A stretch of 64,000 nt of DNA from Octopus vulgaris (Eukaryota), in NCBI GenBank assembly GCA_951406725.2, contig OX597817.1:12462001-12526000 (forward strand), in the 5' to 3' direction. The notes under the pieces are model-generated. The model was not told where the DNA came from. It saw nothing but the letters and a program-made list of their open reading frames with translations, and made no database searches. The position numbers and the translations under genes are program-made. Below are positions 1-13,172 of this stretch, piece after piece; the first letter of the stretch is position 1; the number at the start of each line of letters is the position of its first letter.

Positions 1-1080
1 TATAGAAAAAACTAAATTCCACTTAGAAACTCTAATAAGACTGAAACATGTTCGGAGTTGTCACCCTTCCTTGCCAAGATCAGAATAAAAAAGACATTTT
101 TAGCAAATGTGTTTTTCTTGTCACTGTATATAATTATTACTAATTAATTAATGCCATGATACAGACATGATATATCACTGGCAGAAAATTGATTCCACTT
201 CAACTTCACATTGAGTGATTAGTGGGACATTTTTTTTTATATATTAAAATTGCGTGATTTTAACCTTATTTTCATACTTTTTAAAACTTTATTGACAGAT
301 TTTAACCTTATTATTATTAATAAATCCATAAACATTAGGGAGTTCACTATAGTTTTGATTACTTTATGATACACAAGTATTATCAAAACAGTTTTAACCC
401 ATTCGTTACCAACCCGGCTGAAACCGGTTCTGGCTCTGTAGTACAAATGTCTTGTTTTCATAATTTTTTAAAGTTATTTAAAGTTATTTTACTAAATTCT
501 TTGTTATGTCTAAAATAATTGAAAGAAACACACAGAGCATCTCAACAGAAATATAGTAACAAAAGGATTAAAACAATATTGTGGAAATTTATCATTGTAC
601 AATATAGTATAATGCTTTATATTTGTAGGCAAAAAATTCTTGTCTTTTGCAACAAATTTTTGAGCATTGAAAACTGTTTTACAACAGCTAATGTCATTTA
701 TGCTTTTCAGTATCTAATAAAAAAAATATATTATTTTTAGTGAAATTTAATTTTTTTAAAACTTTATTTTAACTTTATTGTATGTATGATTATAACTTTA
801 TTAACTTTAAAAAGTGATTAATTACGATGACTAATTATAAAAAAAAATGCTTTTTATCTTTGGTTTTAAACTTGAAATGAATGTTTCTATGAATTTTAAC
901 TTTTTGGCAAAAAAATTGCTTTAGTGATGAGCAATAAGGATAAAATACTTGTTTCAACAAAACCTTAGCCTAGCTATATAAGCATAGGAAAAGGGATATA
1001 AAAACAGTAAACAAAAGAAAGTTGAATCAGTAGATAGATGTAATGTAAAATTGTTCTGACGTGTCTCCTTTTCATCATAG

Positions 1081-1197
1081 GAGGACCAGCCTGTTAGGTG
1101 TTGTATTCATCTTGTGCCATCTTCTGCAATATATGTCCAACAACAAGTCCATCTCGTTTGGAAAATCCTGTCAGAGAACTGTAAACAATTACACCAG
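1081..1197 (+). CDS. DALRD3: DALRD3 internal exon (first visible in window; upstream exons not identified)
   Basis: tttcatcatAG|...|GTaaat; 117 nt, phase 0/0. EDQPVRCCIHLVPSSAIYVQQQVHLVWKILSENCKQLHQ resembles the remembered vertebrate DALRD3 segment HVVSCEEEFQQQKLDLLW and joins in frame to the next exons. Confidence 0.8.
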
Positions 1198-2475
1198 GTA
1201 AATTCTTGCCACTACACTTGGCCTTTTTTTTAAATTTTTTATGATAAATCAATAAAGCTTCTAGGATTTAAAGAAGGAAACAATACATGTATGAAAATTA
1301 AATTTTCAATGCAAATCATCACCATTGTTTTGTTTGCTTTCCGTGCTTGTATGCTTATGGTAGGTCATCATGATCCAAGTCAATTCTTGCATGGGTTACT
1401 GCCTTCTGATGCATGGCCAATGGACCACGTCTCTTTTGCCCATTTTCACTCGACATGGTTTCTATGGCAGGATGCCCTTCCTAACACCAACCATGATGCA
1501 GAGTATACTGAGGGTGTTTTTTTTGTGACACCAGCATAATACCTGTCAAAGACTAGTATTTTATCATATTTCTGGTTCGAATGAAGGCAGTAAGGAGGTT
1601 AGAGTCAGATGTCAACTAGTCTAGAGTTGCTCATCATACTTCACACAGAAAAAAAATGAAAGAAAAAATAAATTAATAGAAATTGCCAATGTTCTGTGGT
1701 AAAAGCCACTGTGTTTATTTGTAGTTATGTTCACTTCACTAAATATATTGAAACTAATTTCATAAAGTATTTCGTATTAACATAATTCATATTAACGCAG
1801 GAGTTGCTGTGTGGTAAGTAGCTTGCTTACCAACCACATGGTTCCGGGTTCAGTCTCACTGCGTGGCATCTTGGGCAAGTGTCTTCTGCTATAGCCCCGG
1901 GCCAACCAATGCCTTGTGAGTGGATTTGGTAGACGGAAACTAAAAGAAGCCCGTTGTATATATGTATGTATATATATATGTGTTTGCGTGTCTGTGTTTG
2001 TCCCTCTAGCATTGCTTGACAACCAATGCTGGTGTGTTTATGTCCCCGTCACTTAGCGGTTCGGCAAAAGAGACCGATAGAATAAGTACTGGGCTTACAA
2101 AGAATAAGTCCCGGGGTCGATTTGCTCGACTAAAGGCGGTGCTCCAGCATGGCCGCAGTCAAATGACTGAAACAAGTAAAAGAGTAAAGAGTAATCTCAA
2201 AATTATTTATTCTCTAAACAATTGTGTTTGGGGGTGGGGGTGTAATTAATTTAATTGAGGCAGTTTAGATTAATGTGATTTGCTGAGTGTGGGGTATGGA
2301 AAAAAGATTTGAATTTATAATCAGGTAGTGTAGGACATCAATCTTACAGGTAATCCCCTACCATTTTTTTTTTTTTTTTTCACTTTAGTAGTAGAGGAGA
2401 ATATTATTGCAAAGGTATAGTTTCTAGAATAAGAATAGGAAAGAGAAAGTTCAGGGAGCAATAACTTCTGTTAGT

Positions 2476-2940
2476 CATCACCATCATCATCATTTAACAT
2501 CTGCTTTCCATGCTAGCATGGGTTGGACGATTTGACTGAGGTTTGGCAAACCAGATGGCTGCACCAAACTCCAATCTGATCTGGCAGAGTTTCTACAGAG
2601 TTTCTAACGCCAACCACTCCGAGAGTGTAGTGGGTGCTTTTAAGTGCCACCAGCATAAGGGCCAGTCAGGTGGCACTGGCAGTGGCCACTCTCAAATGGT
2701 GCTTTTTATGTGCCACCAGCACAGGAGCCAGTCCAAGGGCACTGGCAATGACCTCGCTCGAATGTTTTTCATATGCCACCAGCACAAGTGCCAGTAAGGC
2801 AACTCAGGTAATGATCACACTCGAATAGTGCTTTTTACGTGCCATCGGCATGAAGGCCAGCTTGTTGCTCTGGCAACGTTCACACTCGTATGGTACTCTT
2901 AGCGCTCCATTCGCATGGATGCCAGTCATTGAATTTGATC
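2476..2940 (-). mobile_element. RTE 3' UTR-only copy (representative)
   Basis: Same UTR with (CAT)n on the + strand. Further copies lie at about 3770-3975, 4285-4575, 4960-5468(+), 7262-7582(+), 14184-14640, 14642-14996, 19321-19523, 25488-25762, 26284-26430, 27793-28067 and 36827-37140. Confidence 0.8.
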
Positions 2941-5206
2941 TCTCTTGGAGTGAAAGCAAGTTGTATGATGCTTGTGTTAATATTTGTGAAATGCGGGCTT
3001 CAAATTCAAGGGACACATGAGGACTAGAATGGAATGGGATGAAGCTAGTAAGCTTCAAAGGATGTGCAATATCAGTATGCATGTATAACAGCATAAGTTG
3101 TGTTAAGAGAAAAATTTGGCATCGGAAGAATCAGAGGTAGTGTGCAAGAGAGAAGACTGCACTGGAATGGTCACTTGATGCATATGAATGACAGCTGTAT
3201 AAAGAAGTGTCGATCAATAAAGTGGATGAAACTTGCATAAGAGGGAGACCCAGGAAGTTATAGAACAAAGCAGTGAAGGCTGATCTTAAAATGTTGGGAT
3301 TTGGTGACAATGTCAAAGAACTGAGATGATTGACTTTTTCACTGAGTTTGATAAGACCCAACCATCATGGTGAAAGTGAAGTCCTAAAAGCATTATATTC
3401 ATGTCTATACACTCAAGTTGATAAGGAATAAATCTTACTCCAGATATCTGAGGCAACATGCCCAGCTACTCTTGTGCCTGTTCCCAATGTCTAAATGCAG
3501 TGAGAGATCTAGTGCATTACCCAAATACACAACAAAACATCTGTGAATTTGAATTTGAGCTCAAGACTTTTGAACTTTAGATCATGTACCATATCCACTT
3601 TACCATTTCACTTCTTCAATCACTCTAATTATCATCATCATCATCAGCAACATCTTCATTTTCACATCCACTTTTCCATGCTTGCAGAATTTACACATAC
3701 TTTATCCACTTTGTGCTACAAGTTTCTTCCCCATCTCCTTGGAACCACTTCTTTTAACATCTATCCCTCATCATCATCATCATCGTTTAACGTCCGTTTT
3801 CCATGCTAGCATCGGTTGGACGGTTCGACCGGGAATCTTGGAAGCCAGAAGGCTGCACCAGGCTCCAGTCATATCTGGCAATGTTTCTACAGCTGGATGC
3901 CCTTCCTAACGCCAACCACTCCGTGAGTGTAGTGGGTGCTTTTTACGTGCCACCTGCACAGGTGCCAGGCAAGGCTATTATCCCTTCATCATATTTTCCG
4001 CTGATCACTCTCCAGTTCTCTCTCTCTCTCCTCTGAGCTACATCTTAGAATTGCCATACCTCATCTTTAACACCCTCACCCATTTGCTCTCATTCTCTGC
4101 ACCCTTTCATATCATCAATCATTCTCAATGCTTTCTCATATCTGCCATTGACACCCACACCCGCCCACCTGCCTTTGTTTCCACTCATTATAGCCACCAC
4201 TTTATATCCCTGACATCCCTGTCGCTGTACATCTTTCTCTCTCCTCTACTCTCCCACCTCACACAGCATCTCTTTTTTTACTGATCTATCGAAATTGAAT
4301 TCAAAATTGAACCAAATTTCACGACAGGCACCCATGCCAACCTCCCTTCATTGGACACTACACTCTACTTGCGAAGACCTGTTGGGGCAAGCAGAATCGA
4401 AATTGAACCAAATTTGATGACTGGCTCCCGTGCCAGTGGAGCGCTAACAGCTCCATCAGAGCGGAATCACTGCCAGAGCAGCTGTCTGGCTTCCATGTCA
4501 ATGGCACGTAAAAAGCACCATTTGAGTGTGATCGTTACCATTCAAGCAAGGTCATTGCCAGTGCCACTGGACTGACGTTGATGTTTATTCAATTAGGAAA
4601 ATCTTTGTTCTTCATTGTGAAGTGGATGAATTTTAATGAAGGCAGGTATTGGTAGAAACAGTAGAGTTACCGTCTACTTAATTCATACTTCTGCATTTCA
4701 TGTTCAACTCCAAGTTTGATTTTCCTGTTTATTCCTCATGGAACTATGAGACAAAATATCCAGTGTTAGTAAAATAATTTTGTATCATAATTGTGTAGCT
4801 ATTGGAGCACCCAACTTATGTAATTATTCGAATGTGATATAAACTAGAGTAGCTTCCTGTTGCCTGTGAGTTAACAAAATCATCATCATTGTTTAACATC
4901 CATTTTCCATGCTTACATGGGTAGGACTAAATACTTGTCAATTTTCCAAACTTATAATCCGTGGCCCCTACCTGGGACGTAGTCAGTCCACCTGTGCATA
5001 CCTTCCTTCTTGTGACACTTGTGAAGACCTGTTGAGGCAAGTGAGAATCGAATCGTATCGAATCAAATCGAACCAAATCAAAATAGATGAACATCAATGG
5101 AATTTGTATCCTTGTGGTACCAGTGCCGGTGGCACATAAGAAAACCATCCGAACGTGACCGTAGCCAGTACCGCAATGACTGGCCTCCGTGCTGAGGGCA
5201 CGTAAC

Positions 5207-5397
5207 AAACACCATCCGAGCGTGGCCGTCCGCCAGCCTCGTCTGGCACCTGTGTCGGTGACACATAAGAAAACACCATCCGAGCGTGGCCGTCTGCCAG
5301 CCTCGTCTGGCACCTGTGTCGGTGGCACATAAAAAACACCATCCGAGCGTGGCCGTCTGCCAGCCTCGTCTGGCACCTGTGTCGGTGGCACATAAAA
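5207..5397 (+). repeat. 63-bp tandem repeat x3 within an RTE 3' UTR
   Basis: aacaccatccgagcgtggccgtctgccagcctcgtctggcacctgtgtcggtggcacata occurs three times; this explains the 21-aa periodic ORFs. Confidence 0.9.
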
Positions 5398-5654
5398 TCA
5401 CCCACTACACTCTCGGAGTGGTTGGCGTTAGGAAGGGCATCCAGCTGTAGAAACACTGCCACATCTGACTTATTGTACTTTGTGATGTTTGCTCAAAGCA
5501 TATGAATTTCTAGCTTTTCAGTTGGTGATCCAGCACCACTTTGATTTAATTATATAATGGGGTCAGTTTATCTCCCAATGTATATGTAATGTGCTCTATA
5601 GTGGTGAAGTAAGAATTTAGAAAAACCGAACCCACTTTTTATTTCGAGTCCTAA

Positions 5655-5910
5655 TTAATAATGATAATGAAATTATTGCATACAGTGCTCAGGTGCACCA
5701 CAACTTGTCAGAAAGTGCGTATAAAGTGTATGCAATAATGTACAAATGCCTGGGAAGTGAACAATGTATGAGTCAGATACATGCTTGTGTGTGTATGGAA
5801 GGGAGAAAATCAGGTGTAGTGTTGGCGAATCTCAGGAAGCATGGAAGTCTTGAAGGATGCAGTGCTCCGACAACTAACAACTGATGCCGGCAGTTTGTTC
5901 CATGCTTCAA
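5655..5910 (-). mobile_element. CR1/L2-like LINE 3' fragment (different subfamily)
   Basis: Minus strand EAWNKLPASVVSCRSTASFKTSM followed by UTR and (TTA/TCA) tail. Confidence 0.6.
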
Positions 5911-6647
5911 ACCAGTGACAGATCTTCTTCATAGCTACTTAATTTGTTTGAAACAATAGCCAGATCTCCTCAAATCACATTCTGTTAGCTTAAAACAAGG
6001 GCAAACTAAATAATGTAGTCCTAAATACACTGTGTCTGAAAAAGTCGGGATGGTCATTACTAGATCACTTGTTTAATCTGAGCTGATCTGGAATGAAACA
6101 ACAATAACAATCCTATTTGTTACTCTTTACTCTTTTACTCTTTTACTTGTTTCAGTCATTTGACTGCGGCCATGCTGGTGCACCGCCTTTAATCGAGCAA
6201 CTCAACCCCAGGACTTATTCTTTGTAAGCCCAGTACTTATTCTGTCGGTCTCTTTTGCCGAACCGCTAAGTAACGGGGACATAAACACACCAGCATCGGT
6301 AGTCAAGCAACGCTAGGGGGACAAACACAGACACACACACATATATATATATATACATATATACGACAGGCTTCTTTCAGTTTCCGTCTACCAAATCCAC
6401 TCACAAGGCTTTGGTCGGCCCGAGGCTATAGCAGAAGACACTTTCCCAAGGTGCCACTCAGTGGGACTGAACCCGGAACCATGTGGCTGGTAAACAAGCT
6501 ACTTACCACACAGCCACTCCCTCTAACGTTTCCTACGTCCTTGAATTAGTCACAGTCTCATTTCGTCTCCTTCTCAACAGATCAATTTATCCCCGAAATG
6601 TAAATAAAATTCAATATAATTTAAATGATTTTGTTTTCCCCCACAAG

Positions 6648-6730
6648 GCACAGGTTGTGTTTGGCGGCACCACCAAGAGAAAATCTCCCAAAGAACCTAT
6701 TGATTGCGCAACAGCTGAAGAATACGTCAG
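6648..6730 (+). CDS. DALRD3: DALRD3 exon
   Basis: ttttcccccacAAG|GCACAG...GTCAG|GTatat; AQVVFGGTTKRKSPKEPIDCATAEEYV(R), phase 0/2. An alternative in-frame CAG acceptor would start the exon at 6654. Confidence 0.82.
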
Positions 6731-7870
6731 GTATATACATACACACATTTATGTGTCAGTTATTTATTATGTTTATGAATATTAGTGAGCTTTGTTGTTT
6801 TAACTCTGTTACAGATGGACAAATCTGCATATATCTTTGTGCTTTGCTTACAAAAGTTTATGTCAATATTAATTTGTTTCAATCAACTGTTTTATGCTTT
6901 GTGCTGATAATGAATCATACTGATTATGCCTCATTATCTGCATTGATATATAAAATATCCATCATACTATACAAACTTCACACTTTTTATATTGTTTAAT
7001 CACTGAAACATAGAGTAAAATCATTCTACTATTGTCTATATACAAGTGTAAGAAGCCAGTATGTGTAAGCCTTGACGATTGATAAATGTAAAATGTGTCT
7101 GCTAAATACTTAACCCTTTTGTTACTTATTTATTTTGAGATGCTCTGTGTTTCTTCCAATTATTTTAAATATAACAAAGAATTTAGTAAAATAACATCGT
7201 TATCATTAAGCTAGTGTTAGGAACATAAATTGTGACTAAGGTTTGGTTGAAGATTTGAATTTGGCCCCCGTGCCGGTGGCACGTAAAAGCACCATCCATT
7301 CGTGTCCGTTGCCAGCCTCGCCTGGCCATTGTGCCGGTGGCACGTAAAAGCACCATCCGTCCGTGGCCATTTGCCAGCTCTGTCTGGCACCTGTGCGGGT
7401 GGCACGTAAGAAGCACCCACTACACTCATGGAGTGGTTGGCGTTAGGACGGGCATCCAGCCGTAGAAACACTGCCAGATCTGACTGGGCCTGATGAAGCC
7501 TTCCGGCTTCACAGACCCCAGTTGAACCGTCCAACTCATGCTAGCATGGAAAACGGACGCTAAATGATGATGATGATGATGACATTTATACTAAAGACAT
7601 TTATATTAAAGAGCCAGAGCCGGTTTCAGCCAGGTTGGTAACGAAAGGGTTAAACAGGTTCTAAACTTCTGGTACTAGGCTTCAGTTTCATATCTTACAT
7701 TGAAAAGAGAGAAATCTTGCCCCTTTTATCTTAGGCAACATGCCTAAATACCCTTGTGCATATTCCTGATATCTTGATGAAGCAAGTCTCAAAGAATTTA
7801 GTGTACTGTCCAAATACACAGCAAATTTGAATTTTAACATAAGACTTTTGAACTAAAGATCAAATACATA

Positions 7871-8272
7871 GGCGCAGGAGTGGCTGTGTGGTAAGTAGCT
7901 TGCTAACCAACCACATGGTTCCGGGTTCAGTTCCACTGCGTGGCATCTTGGGCAAGTGTCTTCTGCTATAGCCCCGGGCCGACCAATTCCTTGTGAGTGG
8001 ATCTGGTTGACGGAAACTGAAAGAAGCCTGTCGTATATATGTATATGTATATATGTGTTTGTGTGTCTGTGTTTGTCTCCCTAGCATTGCTTGGCAACCG
8101 ATGCTGGTGTGTTTACGTCCCCGTCACTTAGCGGTTCGGCAAAAAGATACCGATAGAATAAGTACTGGGCTTACAAAAGAATAAGTCCCGGGGTCGATTT
8201 GCTCGACTAAAGGCGGTGCTCCAGCATGGCCGCAGTCAAATGACTGAAACAAGTAATAGAGTAAAGAGAGAG
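7871..8272 (+). mobile_element. tRNA-derived SINE family A (representative, ~400 bp)
   Basis: A/B-box-like head (tggctgtgtgg...ggttcagttcc), ttgggcaagtg core, internal (TA)n(TG)n, tail gtaaaagag. Copies lie at about 1793-2192(+), 6123-6520(-), 9490-9903(+), 16940-17335(+), 20175-20550(-), 26700-27010(+), 41640-41795(+), 50500-50892(-), 51795-52208(-), 55035-55520(-) and 60545-60974(-). Confidence 0.9.
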
Positions 8273-8356
8273 TATAGTATTCCATTTTACTATTTCACTT
8301 CTTCAATCCCTGTAAAATGTTTGAAATCATATTCATGTGGTTACACTTACAATTAA

Positions 8357-8751
8357 CCCTTTAACGTTCAGATTACTCTGTCAAACATAATGCTTATTTA
8401 TTCACATTGTTTTGAATTAATCATAGATTATCTCTTATAGTTTCAAGATTTCAATTGTATGATTTATATTTCGTTTTTGGATTTGGTTTGCAAGATTCTT
8501 TGTATGAGTTTGTGTGTTGAAGCATATTCTGTTGTGTCTGGGGAGAGTCATTTTCTTTTCGGGCCTTATAATGTAACACACTCACCGGTAAAATTTCCAC
8601 TTTTTTCTTATTTTTATTTTCCTAAAATTTTCGTTGCATCTTGCAACCTTTTGACATTGTAGCATAAGTTTAAGAGGCTGGATCTGGCCATTTTGGACTT
8701 AAAATTAGTAGAATATTTTGGCCAGATATGACTGATTTAAATGCTAAAGGG
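8357..8751. mobile_element. Second TTAA MITE family
   Basis: TTAA|ccctttaacgtt...aatgctaaaggg|TTAA; imperfect TIRs. Confidence 0.6.
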
Positions 8752-9650
8752 TTAACCATGTAAATATACCTCCAAGACATCAAACTTGCTTTAAAACAAG
8801 AATTAATAATTATGTAAAGTGTGACTTCATTACATGTACACCTAGACATATACCCACAAAAATGGTGTTCATTTCTTCATTTGTTTAACATCCATTTTGG
8901 CATGCTGGCATAGGTTAGATAGAGAAATATCAGTGGTAGGATTTTTATTCCTTTACTGCCCACAAGGGGCTACACACAAAGGGGACAAACAAGGACAGAC
9001 AAACAGATTAAATCGATTCCAGTGCGTAACTGGTACTTATTTAATCAACCCCAAAAGGATGAGAGGCAAAGTCGACCTCGGCAGAATTTGAACTCAAAAC
9101 GTATCGACAGACGAAATACCGCTGAGCATTTCACCCGGTGCGCTAACGTTTCTGCCAACTCGCCGCCTTTAGTGGTAGGATTTTGATGATCACATACTGT
9201 TACTGTTGCTGACCCTTACCTGTTTTTGGGGGGTTTTTTTATATTTTATTCTAGTGGATGATTTGTTGACAAATATTGTCAACAAATGTGACCAGTTGCA
9301 GCCAGTTACAAACAGTGACTTTGCTCTTTGTAACCCAGTGCAGATTCACTTAGGCATATGCACACACCACTCTACATTTTGCATGCATACAGATGTGTTT
9401 GACTGTGTTCTATAACCCAGAGTTGACTAAAGCCTTTTGAGTAGATTTGGTCGACACAAACTGGAAGAAGCCTCATATCTAATATCTAGCCACAGGAGTG
9501 GCTGTGTGATAAGTAGCTTGTTTACCAACCACATGGTTCCGGGTTCAGTCCCACTGCGTGGCACCTTGGGCAAGTGCCTTCTACTATAGCCTCGGGCCGA
9601 CCAAAGCCTTTGTGAGTGGATTTGGTAGACGGAAACTGAAAGAAGCCCAT

Positions 9651-9691
<41 letters not shown>

Positions 9692-10716
9692 GTTTGTGTG
9701 TCTGTGTTTGTCCCCCTAACATTGCTTGACAACCGATGCTGGTGTGTTTACGTCCCCGTCACTTAGCGGTTCGGCAAAAGAGACCAATAGAATAAGTACT
9801 GGGCTTACAAAAGAATAAGTCCCGGGGTCGAGTTGCTCGATTAAAGGCGGTGCTCCGGCATGGCCGCAGTCAAATGAATGAAACAATTAAAAGAGTAAAG
9901 AGTATATATATATGTGTGTGTGCGTGTGCATTTATATATATTCGTGTGGGTGTGTATACCCTTGTGTCTACACACCCTGATGGTTGTAAATATGCATTGT
10001 CATCATATAATTGATTGTTTCCTGTCTTCCATGTAAAACATGTCAGCTATGGGAAAATATTACTTTTATTGTTGTTGTTACTGTTGTCAATATATTGGGT
10101 GGAGCAGGTGTGGAACGAGAGGAAGAAAGAGCAATCAATATTACAGGTATTTGTACGAGAGGAAGAAAGAGCAATCAATATTACAAGTATTGGTACGAAT
10201 GACTTAGACAATGACAAGTGAGTATCTATGTCATTTGAAGTGTCTGGCAGTGCATCAAGACCAGGTTTCAAGTCAGGATCAAGGCTGCAGAGATGAAGGA
10301 ATTTGATGAATTGACTGAAAATTTGGTGTTCAGTGTATGTAGTGGGGATCTATCCTTGTTGCCATAACCACCCCAGTTAGACGAGAATAGTGTAGTAGTA
10401 GAGATACCAAATGCAGGAGTGGTGTTATAATTGAGAAAGTATTTATCATCATTGCGAGGGACGTCAATGTCGGATAATTTGATGCCTATAGTGAACAGGA
10501 GTTGGGAGAGAAAGAGGAATTAAATGATGAATATGATGAATATAATTGGTTCCATAGACATGAAAGTAGACGGCAGCAATCAAGGGTGAAAGAATTTGGT
10601 CAATGTATTTGGATTGAGAATCTGTCAGGCATTTGTCAATGGAAACTATGAGCTAGCTGTAAATTGTTAAGCAGTTTGGGAGTGGAGTGGAAATACATAA
10701 TGTAGGTACAGGGTGC

Positions 10717-11455
10717 ATCATCGTCATCGTTTAATGTCCGCTTTCCATGATAGCATGGGTTGGATGATTTGACTGAGGTCTGGCAAACCAGATGGCTGCA
10801 CCAGACTCCAATCTAATCTGGCAGAGTTTCTACAGCTGGATGCCCTTCCTAACGCCAACCACTCCGAGAATGTAGTGGGTGCTTTTACATGCCACCGGCA
10901 CAAGGGCCAGTCAGGCGATACTGGCAGCTGCCACGCTCAAATGGTTCTTTTTATGTGTCACCTGTTTTTTCACATGCCACCAGCACAAGTGCCAGTAAGG
11001 TGACGCAGGTAACAATCACACTTGAATGGTGCTTTTTATGTGCCATCGGTACGGAGGCCAGCTTGTTGCTCTGGCAACAAATACACTCGTCTGGTATTCT
11101 TAGCACTCCACTAGCACAGATGCCAATCATCAAATTTGATATCGATTTCACTTGCCTCAAGAGGTCTTCGCAAGCAGAGTTTAGTGTCCAATGAAGGAAA
11201 GGTACACATAAGTGGGCTGGTTACACCCCTGGCATAGGACACAATGTCTCACTTGAGTTTGCCGAGTCTTCTCAAGCACAGCATATTTCCAAAGGCCACG
11301 GTCACTAGCCATTGTCTGGGTCAGGCCCAATGATCGAAGGTCATGCTTCACCACCTCATCCCAGGTCTTCCTGGATCTAACTCTTCCACAGGTTCCCTCA
11401 ACCACTAGGGTGTGGCACTTTTTCACACTGCTATCCACATCCATTCTCGCCACAT
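10717..11455 (-). mobile_element. 5'-truncated RTE-clade LINE (ORF2 end + long 3' UTR + (GAT)n tail)
   Basis: VEGTCGRVRSRKTWDEVVKHDLRSLGLTQTMASDRGLWKYAV, followed by the ttggcgttaggaagggcatccagctgtagaaac UTR and gatgacgatg tail. Confidence 0.85.
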
Positions 11456-12253
11456 GGACCTTGAATTAATGGTTGTGGCTGGAATAAGGAGAAAGAGACA
11501 TGTTGGCATACAGGTCTGACTTTATATTTGGAAGGAGCTCTCCTGGCACTGTGAGGGGAGCACCATACACAATTTCTGCGGTGTAAGTGTTGAGATTTTC
11601 TTTTGGGGTGGTACAGATTCCCAGCATCACCCATGGGAGTTGATCAATTCAATTTGGCCCCGTTAAGTCTGGTTGTCAGAGATTCCTTCAGGCAGGCTAG
11701 CAGCAAAACAAAGAAAACTTCCGATAGGAGAAGGAAAACAAAAGACTGTCAACAGTGATTGTGAAACGAATCAGAGTGAATTAAGCAGAAATAACTGGCA
11801 ACTTAAGCCCTATGTATTCGCATCTCCACTAGTTTGTTTACGTATAGCTTAACAAAGCTATACTCCTGGATTTTTCACCTAGCTCAGATTTTATTTCTCT
11901 TCGATTATCCTTATTCTCTTTGATTACCTTACCCAATTATATTGGATCTATTATTTAATGTGTGTGTGTTTGTGTGTCAATCATATACATTCCAATTTAA
12001 TTTTTCTAAGAAGATATGCACATCAGTTGGAAACAATGTTTTGTTATGTTAATACCTTTATATACATACATATGTATGTATTAATGTGTATGTGTGTAAG
12101 TAGATATTTATTTAGTTGTTATGGGTGTATATTTATGCATGTACTTATTATGTACTCGAAAATAGGAAATATAGTACATAGAAATTACTGTGTGTGTGTG
12201 TACTCTTATCTTAACATCAGCTGGTAGTTGTTAATAAGCTTCACTGTCACACA

Positions 12254-12488
12254 ATCTCAATCGAAGGAGAGGGGCTTTCTCCGTCCGGGTTGCGGATCCG
12301 TGGAATAAGCTGCCGGACGAGATGGTGAAGATGCCGACGACCGCTCGGTTCAAAGTCTCCCTTGACCTCAAGTGGCCTGAACTCTTTACATGAACACCAC
12401 CCTGTACACAACTCCATGTCCCCCTACATGGCCTTGCTTATTTGCTTTTTGAGCCAAAAAATTAACTAACTAATTAACTAACTAACAA
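12254..12488 (+). mobile_element. CR1-like LINE 3' fragment with (TAAC)n tail
   Basis: LNRRRGAFSVRVADPWNKLPDEMVKMPTTARFKVSLDLKWPELFT* is a CR1/L2-group ORF2 C-terminus; a short UTR and taac repeats follow. Confidence 0.8.
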
Positions 12489-12691
12489 GTAATGTTTTGG
12501 CCATAAGGAAATATTATCTTGCCTGGAAATCAGGGAAGGTTAGCGACAAGATGGACATTCAAGGTGTAGAAAAATCTCCTTCTACAAATTTTGTCTGGCC
12601 GATACATGTATCGGAAAGTAGATAGCAATTGATGGTGGTGGCGGTGGTGGTGGCAGCAGCAGCGGCGTCATCATTGTCATTGTTTGTTTGT

Positions 12692-12926
12692 TTGTTAGTT
12701 AGTTAGTTAGTTAATTTTTTTACTCAAAAAGCAAATAAGCCAGGCCATGTAGGGAGACATGGAGTTATGTACAGGGTGGTGTTCATGTAAAGAGTTCAGG
12801 CCACTTGTGGTCAAGGGAGACTTTGAACCGAGCGTTCGTCGGCATCTTCACCATCTCGTCCGGCAGCTTATTCCACGGATCCGCAACCCGGACGGAGAAA
12901 GCCCCTCTCCTTCGATTGAGATGAAA
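12692..12926 (-). mobile_element. CR1-like LINE 3' fragment, inverted partner of 12254-12488
   Basis: Reverse complement of 12254-12488 with only scattered substitutions. Confidence 0.8.
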
Positions 12927-13110
12927 TCGTCACAGATAGAGCAGATAGTTTGTGTGTGTGTGTATTTTGTTTTTCACTATTATGTATTGACAAAAGGTAT
13001 AACATTCTTGAGAAGTAAAAAAACCCCAGAGAACAGAAGTTTTATATTTGTCCATGAAACCTCTCCAGTTCCCTTTTATGACTTTTCCTGTTATTTGGTG
13101 TTGAATTTAG

Positions 13111-13172
13111 GATTCGAAAGCTTCAGATGGAAAATGCTGCAGCACTGAAATATGGGGATGATGTGAGCAAAG
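13111..13172 (+). CDS. DALRD3: DALRD3 exon
   Basis: gaatttAG|...AAAG|GTtagt; 62 nt, phase 2/1; (R)IRKLQMENAAALKYGDDVSK(G) bridges the phases of the flanking exons exactly. Confidence 0.85.

Noticed and set aside
1-760. Further upstream DALRD3 exon
   Set aside because: No AG...GT interval with a convincing frame and similarity was found.
1082-6730. Alternative open frame RTSLLGVV.../RLCLAAPPRENLP... spliced directly to 15263
   Set aside because: It is open and phase-compatible, but the other frame matches DALRD3 motifs and the 13111-13172 exon resolves the phase.
10270-10715. Possible LINE endonuclease remnant
   Set aside because: Too decayed to translate convincing motifs by eye.
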